From contig NW_024704743.1 of the NCBI RefSeq assembly GCF_018977255.1, positions 76,260,001 through 76,324,000 on the forward strand: 64,000 nucleotides of DNA, written 5' to 3'. The notes beneath the pieces are model-generated. The model was not told where the DNA came from. It saw nothing but the letters and a program-made list of their open reading frames with translations, and searched no databases. The number at the start of each line of letters is the position of its first letter. Within the stretch, counting starts at the first letter, position 1. Positions 24,001 through 37,520 of this stretch are shown here, one piece after another. The DNA comes from Callorhinchus milii (taxonomy: Eukaryota). Position numbers and translations under genes: made by a program.

Positions 24001-27000
24001 CAAATTTCCTGCAGATGAATGTGGACAAGACGGAAGCCATACTCCTTGGCTCCCATCAACATTTTCACTCCTGCGGATCTGAACTCCTGAAGTCCTCAAC
24101 TTCCCTTGGCTCTCCCTCAGACTCACTGAAAAGTGCGTAATCTTGGCGTCCAGTTTGAGCCCCAGCTGTCTTTCCTTCCCCACACTCGGTCCCTGACCAG
24201 GACTGCCTACCTCGACCTCCGCCACATTGTCCGCCTCTGACTATACCTTACCCCAAATGTAGCTGAAACCCTCGTGCATGTGTTTGTCACCACCTGCCTG
24301 GATTACTCAAACGCACTCCCCGCCGGTCTCCCCAGCTCCACAATTCAAAAAATCCAGCTCGTTCAGATCTCAGCTGCCCACATACTTACCCAGACGTACC
24401 CCCATCTCACCAGTTCTGGCCAGGCTACACTGGCTGCCTATCACCGAAAGGATCGACTTCCAAGAACCTCACACTCCTGTTCAAATCCCTTCACTCTCAG
24501 GCACCTCCCTACCTCTCCGACCTCCTGACTCTTCAATCCATTACCCAGCGCCTCTGCTCGACTGGCACCGGCCTCCTGCTCGTCCCTCACATCCTCCACC
24601 CCACCATCAGAGGTCACGCGCTTTCAGCCACTACGCCCCAAAACTCTGGAACATTCTCCGTCGATCCCTCTGCCTTAAGCCCTCTCTCCCTTTTTTAAGT
24701 CCTGCCTTTTCGACCATAGAAAAGTACGTGACTGATATTGGCTCATTGGTATATTGTTGACTCCTAGTGCTCCAGTTCCACCTTCTGCACAGTGTAAAAT
24801 ATGAATTCATACAACAGTGGTAGTTTCTTTTACCTTTTGTTTAGCTCTGGGATGCCTATCATGATGGCTCACTTTAAGTGTGGCAGTAGTAGGTCTACTA
24901 ATTGTGCTGAGGAGGATAGGCCAGTGGTGCAGTATGTTGGTTGACATTGTGAACCTGTTACCTGGGCTTGTCCTCACATCTTTACAAAGCATTATTTATC
25001 TGACAGGCTTGGATGAGTGAATGGTGGGTGGAAAAGTTGCCAGAGTGACGTATACTCTCATGTTTTATACTGGATGGTAGTGGGACGAGCCAGTGGATAT
25101 TTTGATGTCACTGACCCTGGGCAATGCTAGTCATATATTTTTTCTTAGATCAATTAAAAGTAGTAGTTCAACTCCATTGGTGTGCAGGATGCCTTTCCTC
25201 CACCCAAGAAATTATTGTTTCACTTAGTTTAATAATTATATATTTATGGCATGAAGGAAATACAATTTAAAGAAGCACTATGGGAAGGGAGAAGAGCTTG
25301 AAAAGCTATGGTGATTTTTGTCAAAGGAATTGCATCCTGTCAGAGCTCGTCAGCATCAAAATTTATCATCTTGTCATTTGTAAATAAATGGTAATAATAA
25401 TACTTGTGTTTGTTTTCGCACCTTTCACTTTGAGAGAATGTCTCAAAGCACTTCAAAGGATTTATTGTGAAGTAGTTTCCATGCTGAGAAATTTCATTAG
25501 TCACAATCTCACTATATACACTCAATACATTAATAGTATTTTTAGTGTTTTTTATTTTGCATACAGTGTTTTTAATTGAATATAGTTTACACGCTCTGAG
25601 ACAGTAAAGACCTATAAAGTTTTAAAGACTTTATTCTTTCAAATGGTTTTCAACCAAAATGAGTTCAAAACCAGTAAACGATGGACCCTCAGTGATCCTT
25701 GTTCTCAGAAATATTGGGCTCATTCCCAAACCAGCCCCTGTCAGTTTGTTTGATCTTTGCTCATTAAGTCACGCCAACATCTGCAGAATTGATTCTTAGA
25801 ACTGTTCTAGGCGTTACTGTATTATCTTTCAGTGCAGCTGAATTAAGAGCCAATGTAGCCCTGTCCTCTGAGACTACTTTAGTGGCTTCCCAAGTTGGGT
25901 TGTGGTAGAGTACAGTTTAATTCTACTGCGTTAAAACATCATAAGACTTGCCTATTTGTGGGAAATGTGATACAATGTCTCAACTGTCAGTTCTGTGGTG
26001 ACTTCAGTTATGCAATGCACTAGGAAGAAAACAAACCCCCTCCCCCTTGTTTCCCCAGAAAATGAATCTGACATCTTGGATCACATCTTGTTGTATTGAG
26101 TTATTTTTATCCAATTATTTGGAGACTTGCATTCCAGATTGATTCTTTGCTATGTGTATGTACCTACTTTCTAGATCAATCCTTCACGCTGTACCTACGC
26201 AAGAGGCAGAACGTGATGTTTGCTCTTAAAGCAGATTTTGACTGCTGTATTTTCAAATAGATAGCAGTCCTATTTCTTTACCATTCATGTATTCTTTGAA
26301 TAAAATAGTTTTTGAAACAATAACTTGCACTCTAATAGCACTATTGACATAGGATAACAACAATTTACATTCATACAGCACTTTTCACATCAGAAAGATG
26401 TCTCAGTATTTCACACAGGGCTTTGGGGAGGGAGAGCTGAGTGTGGGGGGAATTCCCAAAAGTGCAGTTGAAAAGATGGGTCTTAATGGTGAGAGGGAGG
26501 GGTGAGGTGGGGGGAACTGTAGAATGGACTTCTAGAGAGCACATCACAGAGATTGTGAGGGAGTGGGACTGATCGCAGTGGGAGGATGAGGCAAAAACAT
26601 GAAAGTATTTGGAATGTAGAACGAGCATCTTGAGGTTGACTCGCTGGGGATTAGGAAGTGAATGGAGCCCAGTTAGGATGGAGATGATGGGCTTGTGTTC
26701 TGGATAAACTGGAGCTGTGTAGTGTTCTATGTGAACTGGAGTGTATGGAGAGTGTAGCTCGAAAGACTGATAAGGAGAGCATTGGAAAAATCAAGTCTAA
26801 ATGTAATGAAGTCATAAATGATGATTTGGGCTGCCTTAAAGATCAGGTAGGGATAGAGGCAGATAATATTGCAAAGCTGGAGGAAAGTAGACTTGGTCAA
26901 GGACTGGATGAAAGATTTAAATAAGAGCTGAGGGTTTTAAGAGGAAAACAAAGAGTTGCTTCACAAGCCATGGTTGAACATAGCTGTTTTCAAACATGTA

Positions 27001-28317
27001 AAATCTCAATAAAGATTTGAATATTCAAATATTTTATTCATTCTGGAAAGGCAACTCCACACAGCTAGCACTAGCAAAACATATTTCAGCAGAAATGCTG
27101 TGGAGCCCATTGCTTATCTGACATAATTAATGTGTCTACAAAAATAACCGAATGAGTCATCCCTTGGTCTGTATACAAGACTGTTGTTGACAGACTTAAA
27201 CTTAATCAGTGTGGTTTTATCTTATCACAGGATGAAGTATTTAAATTTATAAGCAAGTTATTTTTAAAAATACCATCTTTACATATGTTTGTGACATGAA
27301 TACTATCCACTTTTTTAAAAAAAAATGTAGTATCTAAATCTAGAAGGAAAAAAAGTTCAGAAGAAATTCACTTGCTCTCAACAGCTAATAGAGGATGAGT
27401 GTTGCCATTATGAAGTGGGAGACATTATTTTCATGTCATCTTTGGGACATTGAATAGCAAAAATTTTGGACATTCTGGAGGACCTGGTTATAATCCTCTA
27501 ATTGTTCAGGTGGCAGATATGAAAGAGGAAATTGAAACTGAATATACTTGCAATTCCATTATTTGCTGTTTTTTGTGACTTTGAAATGAACCATGTTTTG
27601 ATCAGCTAGGTGTCTGATACATGCAGAAAAAATCACCATGCTTGAGAGTTACCACGTATGTTTACCATCTACACATAGAAATTTCACAGCATCTGGAACG
27701 GAATGAAAACTCTTTCTAGAGCATTCCCTGCTTACTTCATTCTGGAGAGTATAGGCATGGGCTGCTGAAGTCTGAGGATCAGGTGGGGAAACAATATGTT
27801 ATTAAAAAAAGACCACGGCAGCTTAGTATAAATAAGGGGTGAATATTGTGATTGTTTTTCGCAGATTAGATTACTTTTTATGACTTGCATGTGAACCATT
27901 TTTTTTTTTTAGTCAGCCTAAGTCCTGCAGATTTGCTAGTCTGTCATCAGCAGTGCTCTGAAGTACTGTGGACTGGTCTGGTTCAGGAACTTGACCACTG
28001 AGACCACCACAGAGGGTTGACTCGATTGCTGCATTCCATATCATCTTGAAGCCAGCTCATCTCCAGGGAGACCCAGTTTATCTCCAAGGAGGAAAGTCAC
28101 TTGTTGTTTATTCGATCTACAGTGGTTGAACCATGGTTCATGTGAAACATGTGATAGCACAAACTACTTTTATAAATTTCAGCAATAATTTATTATAGTT
28201 ATTTGTTGGACGTGAATGGTTATCAGGAAGTTGACCTTTAAATTGTGTATTTTTAATCTTCTAGCTTCTGATGAAGAAGATAACAAAGACGACGCTGAGA
28301 AGCCAACACTTCAATAG
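17871..28317 (+). CDS. STARD3NL: STARD3 N-terminal-like protein (MENTHO), MENTAL domain only; 7 coding exons; 236 aa if the exon-6 indel is corrected
   Basis: Spliced translation contains ISDVRRTFCLFVTFDLLF, SYFDIF-LLAVFRF, LRHWWAIA, LPVISFILAWIETWFLDFKV and LSDGQFYSPPES, then stops without a START domain. All introns are GT-AG and exon sizes resemble the recalled human gene. Confidence 0.97.
18323..18400 (+). CDS. STARD3NL: STARD3NL exon 3
   Basis: ttttcag|VEGNIKSRLKDEVLHYNFKHSYFDIF|gtaagt, 78 nt. Confidence 0.96.
18510..18587 (+). CDS. STARD3NL: STARD3NL exon 4
   Basis: ttcacag|LLAVFRFLALILAYALCKLRHWWAIA|gtaagt, 78 nt. Confidence 0.97.
19238..19291 (+). CDS. STARD3NL: STARD3NL exon 5
   Basis: ttttag|ITTAVTSGFLIAKVIFSK|gtatgt, 54 nt. 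Confidence 0.95.
19402..19521 (+). CDS. STARD3NL: STARD3NL exon 6 (120 nt as written; 1-nt deletion at ~19492-19494)
   Basis: ctag|LLNQGSAFAYLLPVISFILAWIETWFLDFKV, after which the conserved LPQEAENEN is in a shifted frame. Donor a|gtaagt at 19522. Confidence 0.93.
21950..22033. repeat. 21-bp minisatellite, 4 copies (AATTGCCATGTAGTGTCGCTG)
   Basis: Direct head-to-tail copies with no spacers; the last copy has one mismatch. Confidence 0.97.
22667..22765 (+). CDS. STARD3NL: STARD3NL exon 7 (contains the FFAT-like QFYSPPE motif)
   Basis: tttcag|ga-VVSIHAASEHAPLIQPGVLSDGQFYSPPESVS-g|gtcagt, 99 nt. Confidence 0.96.
23100..24710 (+). mobile_element. L2-clade LINE RT fragment (STARD3NL intron 7)
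   Basis: ORF 23310-24140 with ISNLPFLAKPLERIVA, LILLDLSATFDTVDH, VRQGSILGP and WMSANFLQMNVDKT. Confidence 0.93.
28265..28317 (+). CDS. STARD3NL: STARD3NL exon 8 (last coding exon)
   Basis: ttctag|ct-SDEEDNKDDAEKPTLQ*|gtgggg. The acidic tail resembles human SEEAEEKQDSEKPLLEL. Confidence 0.9.
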
Positions 28318-30146
28318 GTGGGGAAAAAACACATTATTAAAAAAAAAATACCACGGCAGCTTAGTATAAATAAGGGGTAAAAACTGTAATGGTTCTTGAC
28401 AGATTAGATACAATATCAAATTTGTTAACATCACAGTTTCCGGTTGATGACTAAATGCTCACTATGGGTGTGAAAGATCTTTCTTCTCCCACTGACTGTC
28501 CAAAAGATGGTTAGAGAAATTTCACATTGTCATTAATGTTGCTGACCACAGCGGTTTAGTGCTGCTTCACAGAACATTGGCTTGACTCACACTGGAGTCG
28601 GCCTTAAGCAGACAATTGGGTTCATTTTTTAATCTGTTGAGAAACATTGCATTTGCACCCAAAGGTTCTTTTGCGTGTCTCTGTGATCAGTTTAAGTGGA
28701 AATGCTGCAGTTTTATGTTGTGATAAGATGATGACATACTTTTAAGATGAAAGAAAATTCTGCTGAAAAATTTGTCTGGCGACATATCTAAATATTACAT
28801 CTGTATTTCAAAATGTTAGCTAAATATAGTATTTCCCTAATTCTCAGCCTTTGCTCCCACCACCTATCAAACAATATTCCCTAGCCATAAAGATGGATAA
28901 AAGGTTTGTTTCTCAATCTCTGCAAGTGGCACTTAGAGTACATAGAATTACATAGAATGTTACAGTAAAGAAAAACGGCCATCCAGCCCAACTTGTCTAC
29001 GCCATTGGTGTTTATGCTCCACATAAATAAGCCTCCATTCCTAATCCTCTCTGATATTCTATTCCCTTTCACTCATATGTGCATCAAGCTTCCTCTTAAA
29101 CTTGTTGATGCTTTCTGTTTCAATCACAACTTCAAGCACGAGTTCCATATCTGTGCCCCCTTTGCATAAAGTTCCTCCTAAAATAGATTTTAGATCTGTT
29201 ATTAGCTATCTTGTATTTATGTCCCCTTATTTTGGACTTGTTGTCAAATGAACGTGTAACGAAAGTGGATTTCTCTACCATTTCCCTTTCCTCCTTATGG
29301 ATTACAAAAAGCATGTTTCAAAGCAAAGTGTTCACAAAACATTTCTGTAATTTTAGGAAGAAATTCCTTTATATACATTTAATAACTTGAAAAGGCTGCT
29401 GCTAATCGGTTGCTACTATTAATTAGTGAACATAATGATTCTTGCTAGGGTGGTTTGTATTAGGTAGAATTTTGTGCTGGGGCTTTTAACTGTCTTTGTT
29501 TATGCCAATACCTTCATTAATTTAAAGCGTATGGTGGTTAGGCAAAATTCGAATTGCATAGAAAGTCGCATAAATGTAACTGAGCATAACGTTTGTATTC
29601 TGCTTTGTGAGATGTTCAAAACTGCTTTTATTTCCTGTTGTGGTACAAAGCAGCAAGCTTCACTCTATCGTATGATCTTGTGCTTTAGCACAACCTCAGC
29701 GGCTGATTTTTTTTTCATTTTGTATTAAATTGCAAGTTTATCCAAAGATGTTGGTTTTAATTCAGGGCACATCATAGCAATTCTTGCACTGATTTTCATT
29801 TTGCTCCTTTTGAAAACAATGGATATTGAATTTAACTTCCACAATAAAATATGCAGTAGAGATGCCAAAGAGGAATCCAGATAATTATAATGAGTAATCT
29901 GCAGCATTTCACCAAGTGCTTGTTTGAGAAGTTCAGTGTTTAGAATGAAACACAGACTGAGATCGGATTCTATTTTGCACTAAGTGGTAAGACATAAATT
30001 AAATAGTGAGAAGGCACTGCTCGGCACTCATTAGTCCATTGGTTTGTTTTTTGTTTCAGTGTGAGTTAACACTGTATATTTCAATTGTGACTTAAACTCC
30101 CTTTTTTCTTTCCTTTTTCCCCCCAACCTTCCAATTATTTCAACAG

Positions 30147-31390
30147 AGTGTCTGGACCGTGGATTCAGTCGATTTAAAAGGGATAATGTAACCTGTTCTG
30201 AGACCAAAGGGCACTTTACTCTGACATGAAAATTTCTGATGAAGAAAATGATGTGAAAAGCAATAGGACACCCTTGGTTTGCTTTCAGTACTGGACTCCT
30301 TTTCCACCTGGTTGGAAATTGCTTTTCTCTGCCTTACATTATGTTTGAAAGCTATCCATTATCTTGCCTTCACTGAAATAACTTTGCAGTATTGATTTTA
30401 GTAATGATTTGCTCTGCAGCATTTTAGAATGGCAGATGATAGGCTCAAATGGAATTCATCATTCTACTGAAATCATGTTTGAAGAATTACTGCCAGGTCC
30501 AACTTGGAAAAATGGGATCATGTTATCCTAACCAACTGAGATTTTGGCAATATCCACTTTCCATATGCATTATATTGCACAAAGAGTTTAGATTTTTTTT
30601 ATTGGCTTTTCATTATTTTAAATGGAATATTTCAAATGCAGTAATTTATAAATTGCGATGGGTTTCACTGAAATGTTGAGGACTTAGTGATACTTATGCC
30701 TTATTTGTAAAGGTAAGAGTTTGAGAAGGTCGGAGGAAGAGACTTGAAGGGTAAATGGCAGTGCCAAAGATGAAGTTTGTCTAATATAGAGGTATCCGTT
30801 GCATTGCAAAATCAACTGACAAATACATTTTAGCCTTGAGGACTGCTGTAAATCATGTCTTGTGGTTAGGTTTCTGCAACACAAAATAACTGAAACTTGC
30901 ATTAATAGCTTTTTAATCATTTTTCTTGTATTTAGTTTACAATAATAATACTTTCATTTGATATATTGCCTTATCGCGTTGTTGAGATGTCTCAACGCAC
31001 TCCACAGAATATATTGTAAAGTGGATTAAATATTTTGTGGGCAAAAATAGTTTCAGATTTACTTTAGATCATAGCCAAAATCTACCTGTGTTTGAAATAC
31101 AATTGTCATAAAAAGAATCAAGTCACTAAAGATTTCCTGAATATTAAATTAAATCCTATCCCTAATGTTAGATTCTAGTGATCTAAAGAATAGATTAGTA
31201 AATCCGAGCTCAAGTGTGCAGACCTCATTGATTTAATTCTCATTTTAATTTAAGTTATATTTTTGTTGGTACATGTCTTTTGCATTACAGGAACCTTTGC
31301 ATATAATAACCTGTTTGTCAGAATAGTGAAGAAATTTTAAACTTAACTAAATTCATTTCAAAAAATAAAATGTAAGATTTTTTTAAAAAA
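30147..31390 (+). other. STARD3NL: STARD3NL 3'-UTR terminal exon (end approximate)
   Basis: Strong pyrimidine tract plus CAG acceptor at 30144-30146. AATAAA at 31364-31369 is followed by U/GU-rich sequence; a second AATAAA is at 31676. Confidence 0.6.
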
Positions 31391-34115
31391 CTATTTTTTA
31401 TTAATTGTATTGTGCGTGACATTCTGTTTTGTTCCTGTCCTTATGACTTAGGTTTGCTGATTTTCATTGAGTTGATTTATATTTGTTATAGTTGATTTAT
31501 TGTTGATCACCATTTCAGTTATGAGGTTTATTATTTTTGTTTCTTGACCAGACAGTTAAGTTCACTATAAATCTGAATAATAATGCTGTATTTTTTTTAA
31601 ACTAACTAATGTGTTCTGATTTTTTAAAAATGAATCTGCCTTCCCTCCCCACACCACCCCCTGCCCCCCACCCCCAATAAAAGCTTTATGTTCTGGAACT
31701 ATGTGTGGGCCATAAATGGGTAACTAGAATACGGATAATAGAATTTAACACTTGTCCTGCTTTAAATGTTATAATTGCATAAAATATAGTGGATAAATTG
31801 CAGTTCCGTATGGGGTTTTAGAGCCCCAGTGCTGGTTAGCCATCCTGCCGTCACATTTTATTCTTTTAAAAATATCATCTTAATCATAATGGATTCACAA
31901 TTGGATAATACAAAGTCCAACCCCTGAAATATTTAAAAATATTGCACCCACACCACAAAGTATGTGACAAATAAGTACTGAAAATTTTTACATTATAACT
32001 AATATACTGCAACCGTATAATGGGCACAGGGCACACAGCAGTGTCAGCTATATTTTTATTAAAAATTAGTGTTTGAATAAAATAAAATGCATGCTGCCTG
32101 AAATCTACATGAAAAAAAACTGATCCCGAGAATTACAAAAAGCAGCTGAATAATGTATGCTACTTGTAGTAGGGATAGTAGAAATGAATAGATGGCTGAT
32201 TTCTATTGCTCCTTTAGATTAACTGTTATTCTAGGGTTTTTTTTAGACACTCCATTTCCTTGAGTTACAACTGTTTTTCCATTGTAGCAAGATGCCACTG
32301 AGTTAATCCCAAGGAAGACTTATCTCCCTTTTTAAAAGTGAAATCGGTTGTAGGAGAAATCTGATAATTCCTAAGATTTAAGAATCATTAGATGTAGTCT
32401 CTGTGACGGGACAACATTTTGAAGAGCCCTTGGTACTTGGTAGTTTCAAGCGAAACTGATGAACAACAAACAATCTTGTGTTTTGTGTCAAGTCCTTCAC
32501 CTTCTAGTGAATTGGAACCCGCTGACAAGTGACCCAATGTAACTTGATCAGTTGCTGCAGGGGAATGTTTTTGATTATATATCAAATAATAAAGTCCTCG
32601 CATTTGATTTGACTCTTAATTTAGGATAAACAATTACCAGAATTTCATAAAGTGTGTTGTTGCTAAATGGAGAAGTAGTTTGTAATGTTTCTATGTTACC
32701 GCGAGAGGGTGTTATTTATTACATTCTGCCTAAACTGTTCTCATGGTGCCAAAATTATGCTAAAGCACAGATAAGATTGGTTCCATTTGCTGGAACATGT
32801 ACGGAAATTATCGTAGCAGAATGTGTTTACATTTCAAAAATTCACTGATGTGGAGGCTGATCAATTTGGATGTATGTTTGATTAGACTTGAGTGAGTATA
32901 TTTCATTCTATAGGGTTTTTTTTGTTTGCAGGATTTTGGCATAAAAAAACATTTCCTTATACTATGCTGAAATTTGACTCACTTGAAAATTCGGAGCCCA
33001 TGTAACTACAGCGATTAGGTGCCGATAGTCTGCTGCAGGATTTTTAAAAAATCTTGATTCCATTCCAGTGGCAAAATGCAACAATACAAACTGGATTTCT
33101 CCCAAAGCAGTAGTGAATAATTTAACCAGGAGCAGTTAGGAGCAACAACAAATTACATTTGTAGAAGCGCCTTTTCCGTGTGGAGGAAATCCTAAGTAGC
33201 AGTTTAGGAATGTAATTAAATCTAGCCTGGAAAACACTTACAACCCAGCTTTCCTCGGCAGTTCTCTGGGCTTCCCTCCAGAACACTCAAGCTCTGAGAT
33301 GTCAGTGGAATTGGCATTTTGTTTGTTTAAATCCCTGGTAACTGAGAAATAGGTTTGCATTCTGGTAATTTGAAACAATATTACTGAGTAACTTGATGTG
33401 ATTCTTTGTTCTGAAGATTATTTCTAAATTCTTTGTTGCTGATGTAATATATTTTGTAATATTTGCTGGGACTGAAATCTGAAAATACAAAATCATTGCA
33501 AACAAATGACATTAAGCATGAATGCATGGACTATAATGTATAAAATGATATGACCCAAGGTTCAGTGTAATCATTGAATAAATTCTTAATTTGCATACCC
33601 AAGTTTTGATGTCTTTATATTCTGTAATTAATGTAATATACAGTAAGCTTGTGCTAGAGTTTTTAAAAATGGAGAATATCACTTGTTTGTGGACCGCCTA
33701 GCTGAATATCATGTTGGCCTTCTAAACGTAAGAGTAATGGAGATGCAGATGGTGCTAAAACCTGTGGAAATCTGGTGGGTGCAATAAATTAGCCCTCCCT
33801 TCTTTGTAATTTACTTAATCCCAGTGTTTTCATAATTAATTTGCACAATAAAACTATGGCTCCTCTACTTGGTAGGTACAAGCATCGAATGGCAAAAGCG
33901 TCCTTTAGCAAACCATTAATACGAACCGAGCAATAGTTGTTCTGGAACATGAAGCATGTTATTTCCAATGTGGCACTCTGCAATTTTACATTGAATTTCT
34001 ATGTTCCATAACTGAATTTAAAATTGATTTTAATTTGCAAAATAAGGCTCTTTACTGATGAATTTGAAAGTTTCTCCCTGTTAACTTTAACAGCATCTCA
34101 CTTGTCCCTGCATTT

Positions 34116-34370
34116 TAATAATAATCCGAGCATTTGATATCGCACCTCATCATGTCTTCGAGATGTCTCAAAGCGCTTTGCAGAATATACCCTAAAGGGA
34201 ATTGACTGATATTTTGTGACGGAATGCGGCAGCCAATTACGCACAGCAGTGTCCCTCAAACAGTCGTAGTTTGAAAATGACCAATTTATTATTGTTTTGT
34301 TTTTTGGAGGGATTATTATTAGGCGTGTGGAGTAAGGAAACTTGCCCAAGATTTTGCCCTGTCTGGAATT
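34116..34370 (-). mobile_element. tRNA-Ala-derived SINE, head truncated
   Basis: Reverse complement of the body and tail of the 34555 copy. Confidence 0.85.
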
Positions 34371-34554
34371 TATTGTTTTATATAATAGACCTTGGCATTT
34401 ATCAAAGCACTTTGGTGTATTTGTACACAAAAGCAGGGCACTGCAATGTCCCATAAACTGCCAAAAAAGATTTTTTTTTTGCGGGGAGTGGGGGTTGTTT
34501 GTCAGAATACTGAGAGAAACTAACCTTCGCTTTTATCAAATCTGTAATAAAATG

Positions 34555-34866
34555 TGGAGTCCTGTAGCTCAGTGGTTAGAGCACTCGCTTTGCAAGTGAG
34601 AGACCTGAGTTCAATTCCAGACAGGGCGAAACCTTGGGCAAGTTTCCTTACTCCACACAGAGCCTAATAATAATCCCTCCAAAGCCAAAAACAATAATAA
34701 ATTGGTCATTTTCAATCTACGACTGTTTGTGGGACATTGCTGTCCGCAATTGGCTGCCGCATTCGCCCACAAATAGTCAATTCACTTTACAGTGTGTTCT
34801 GTGAAGCGCTTTGGGACGTCCTCCCGACGTGAAAAGCGCTATATCAAATGCAAGGATTATTATTAT
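34555..34866 (+). mobile_element. tRNA-Ala-derived SINE, full length, young
   Basis: Head with TGC anticodon loop (ctcgcttTGCaagtgag), L2-type tail and (TTA)n end. Confidence 0.92.
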
Positions 34867-35609
34867 ATTATAAAATTACCCATAAACTTCTCATAAGAAA
34901 TTCATGAAATGTTTTTAGACTTTCAGGGTAAGATTATTTAGTAACACTCAATGTGTGGTGGGACCAGGGGCAGACTGATTATTCGGGAAATCAGGAAATT
35001 TCCTGAGCATCCTCTGTTAACGCTCTGGGACACTACTCTGCATGAGGGGTGTAATATAAATGCAAGTTGTTGTTGTGAAAGCTTCTCGAGCTCCCCAAAG
35101 AAAATGACTCGTGAATTTTTTTTAAAATACATAGGACTGCTCCCACCTCCCTGAATCTACCTACAGAGTGAGTAGTTGGAGAGTGAAAGATGCCCTCAGC
35201 ATCAGCCATGTCATCACCGGATCCCCAGGAATTAATTGACATATGCTTACCCTTTGCAAAGCTGCACACCAGCCTTATTAGCACTTACGTACAAGCGCAA
35301 CCGGGGGCTGTTGTGCCTGGTGCAGGCATAGACCCTGCTACTTTCTTGTGCAGGCCACTGCACCTTGACTAGGCACATGGTGCTGAGCTTTGAGGAGAGG
35401 AAATCACCACCGCCATCATGATGCTGGTGAATGGCTGCCAGCAGCCCTCACCCCGAACCCGTGGGGCCGCGGTGGATCCAGGGTTTGGAAGGTCCTGATA
35501 TGGAAGGACCTTTGTATATTTTCATGTTCTTTTGGCGCTGGCCCACCCCTTTATTTCCATGAAAATCCCGAGTCCTTTCCGGCAGCCAGTCCACCATTGG
35601 GTGAGACCA

Positions 35610-35920
35610 GCAGTTTGTACAAAATGTGAATCACTTCCCACAGAACTGTTGCTTCAGTTACGCATCACAAGATTTTGTTTGCTCTCTTTACTTGTGTAAT
35701 TTATTTTTCTTCCCCAGGCCCATCACTTTACATGTGTCCACATCAAATGACATTTGCCACCAATCAGCCCAATTATCCAAATCTCTCCATATTTGGGCCA
35801 GCTGTTCCATTTTATTTGCATTTCCCTCCAATTTGATATCATCAGCAAGCTTAGATAGTTTGGTTTCTGTGAACACTCCCAAAACATTTTTTGATATTTC
35901 TGTAAATATCATCCTGCTAA
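35610..35920 (-). mobile_element. CR1-clade LINE RT fragment
   Basis: SKLADDIKLEG...DLDNWADWWQMSFDVDTCKVMGLG matches the CR1 RT C-terminal pattern. Confidence 0.85.
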
Positions 35921-37229
35921 TTATATTCTTCCATACTGATGCAGCTAAAAATATTATTTTGTTTCCTATGATTCAGAAAATGTCTAATTCACTATAGGTA
36001 CATGTGAAAAATCCCACAATATACTTTGAAAAGAGAAGGGATGTTCTCTGGTGTCCTGGGTAACAAATTTCCAGATGATTTGGTCATTTACTTTGGGTTG
36101 TTTGTTGCACCTTCCTGTACACAAATGAGGGGCACACTTGCCCACAATATCATAGTTACTACACTTGAAAGCATTTTTAAGATATAGACCATATATCAAA
36201 TGTAAGGAATATTGTTAAAAAGAACTCCAAAAGCAATTTTATAATTTTCTTGATTCTACATTATTGCCACTTTTTGGATCCTCTCCAATGTTAGATGGAC
36301 ATGCAACAATAAAATGCAATATGCAAATATACAAATTTTTACCATAATAATAGCAGTCTCTTTTAAGTTACTTATGTTTGTATTTAACAAATCACAAGTT
36401 TATGAGTATATCAACAATAACATCAACAAATTCCATATATACACATCCAAATTATGTTTGCCTTAATTCTGAATCTCTTCTTGATTTTTTTTTATTACAC
36501 AACTTGTTTATACTTTATTGTGTATGTGTAGGACTGATGTACTTAACTGGTGATCAAATGAATGAGCTCCATTAGAGAAGATTATAATGCTCTTAATCTC
36601 ACAATTGTATTTTCCAATATCATTGTATTTATTTGTCCCTAATATTTTTATGGATAGGTGAACAGAATTTATTGTTAGAATTCACTCTGGACAGTGAATG
36701 GTGGCACCTAAAAAATCATTTATACTTTGTTTAGATGTCTACACTGCTCATAAACAGGAACTCCACACCAGTAGCACAATAATCGGGACCAGTACTTTAA
36801 GAGTTAACATGTTCACTTGCTCTGGTTACAGCTTAAAAGCTATTGATTTTAAATGTTGATTAAATAGTGAGCTAACCTTATTTCCTGTTTTGTGAACTGC
36901 AGGACGTTATGTCAAACTGATAATATTTTGTTCTCTCTCAGAGCAGGTTAAAACATAAAATAAATCCGTTATTGAATATAGTGATATAATTCAACAATTT
37001 AAGAGTTTTCTACAACAATGTTATCGTATAAACCACTACAGCTCATTAGGGAGACATGTGAAAGAACAAACTGCAACTTGACTGACTGTTAAGCGAGGCG
37101 CACTTGGGGTTCTCGTGGTTTAACAGTAATTTAACATCTGTGATCCCAAGAACAGAAAATAAGCACGATTAACCACAATTTTCCGTGACGACTGAGTGCT
37201 GAAATAAAAAAAACCTCTTCAACTGCTTC

Positions 37230-37520
37230 TTTAGACTCAGTAAATAGAGGGTATAGATTAATAAAATTGCCAAAAGAGCAAAGGGAGAAGTTGGGAGAAT
37301 TGTCTTTATGCAGAGGATTTCTGGGTCGTGGTATGCTCTTCTCGGAATGATGGTTGAGGCAGAATCTATATTTGCTTTAAACTGAGAATAAAGTAAATAT
37401 CTGCAAAAAATGCAAAAAGAGTATGAGGAAAGGGCAGGAGAAAGGAACCAAAGGGGCAGCTCTTCAGAGAGCGAGTACAGGCTCTGGGCTGAGTGATCTG
37501 CTTTTCTGTTGCCAATTTCT
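37230..37520 (+). mobile_element. CR1-like 3' end fragment
   Basis: Degenerate end of ORF2 and 3' UTR typical of CR1 (...gaggcagaatctata...ctctgggctgagtgatctgct). Confidence 0.6.

Noticed and set aside
34555-34630. tRNA-Ala(TGC)-like cloverleaf (also at 11402, 46613, 47066, 54167, 56382)
   Set aside because: The acceptor stem does not pair, and each copy continues into the same SINE body and L2-type tail, so these are SINE heads and not tRNA genes.
35160-35600. GC-richer island with short ORFs downstream of STARD3NL
   Set aside because: It has multiple stops and no splice framework, and abuts a CR1 fragment; probably decayed LINE ORF1 sequence.
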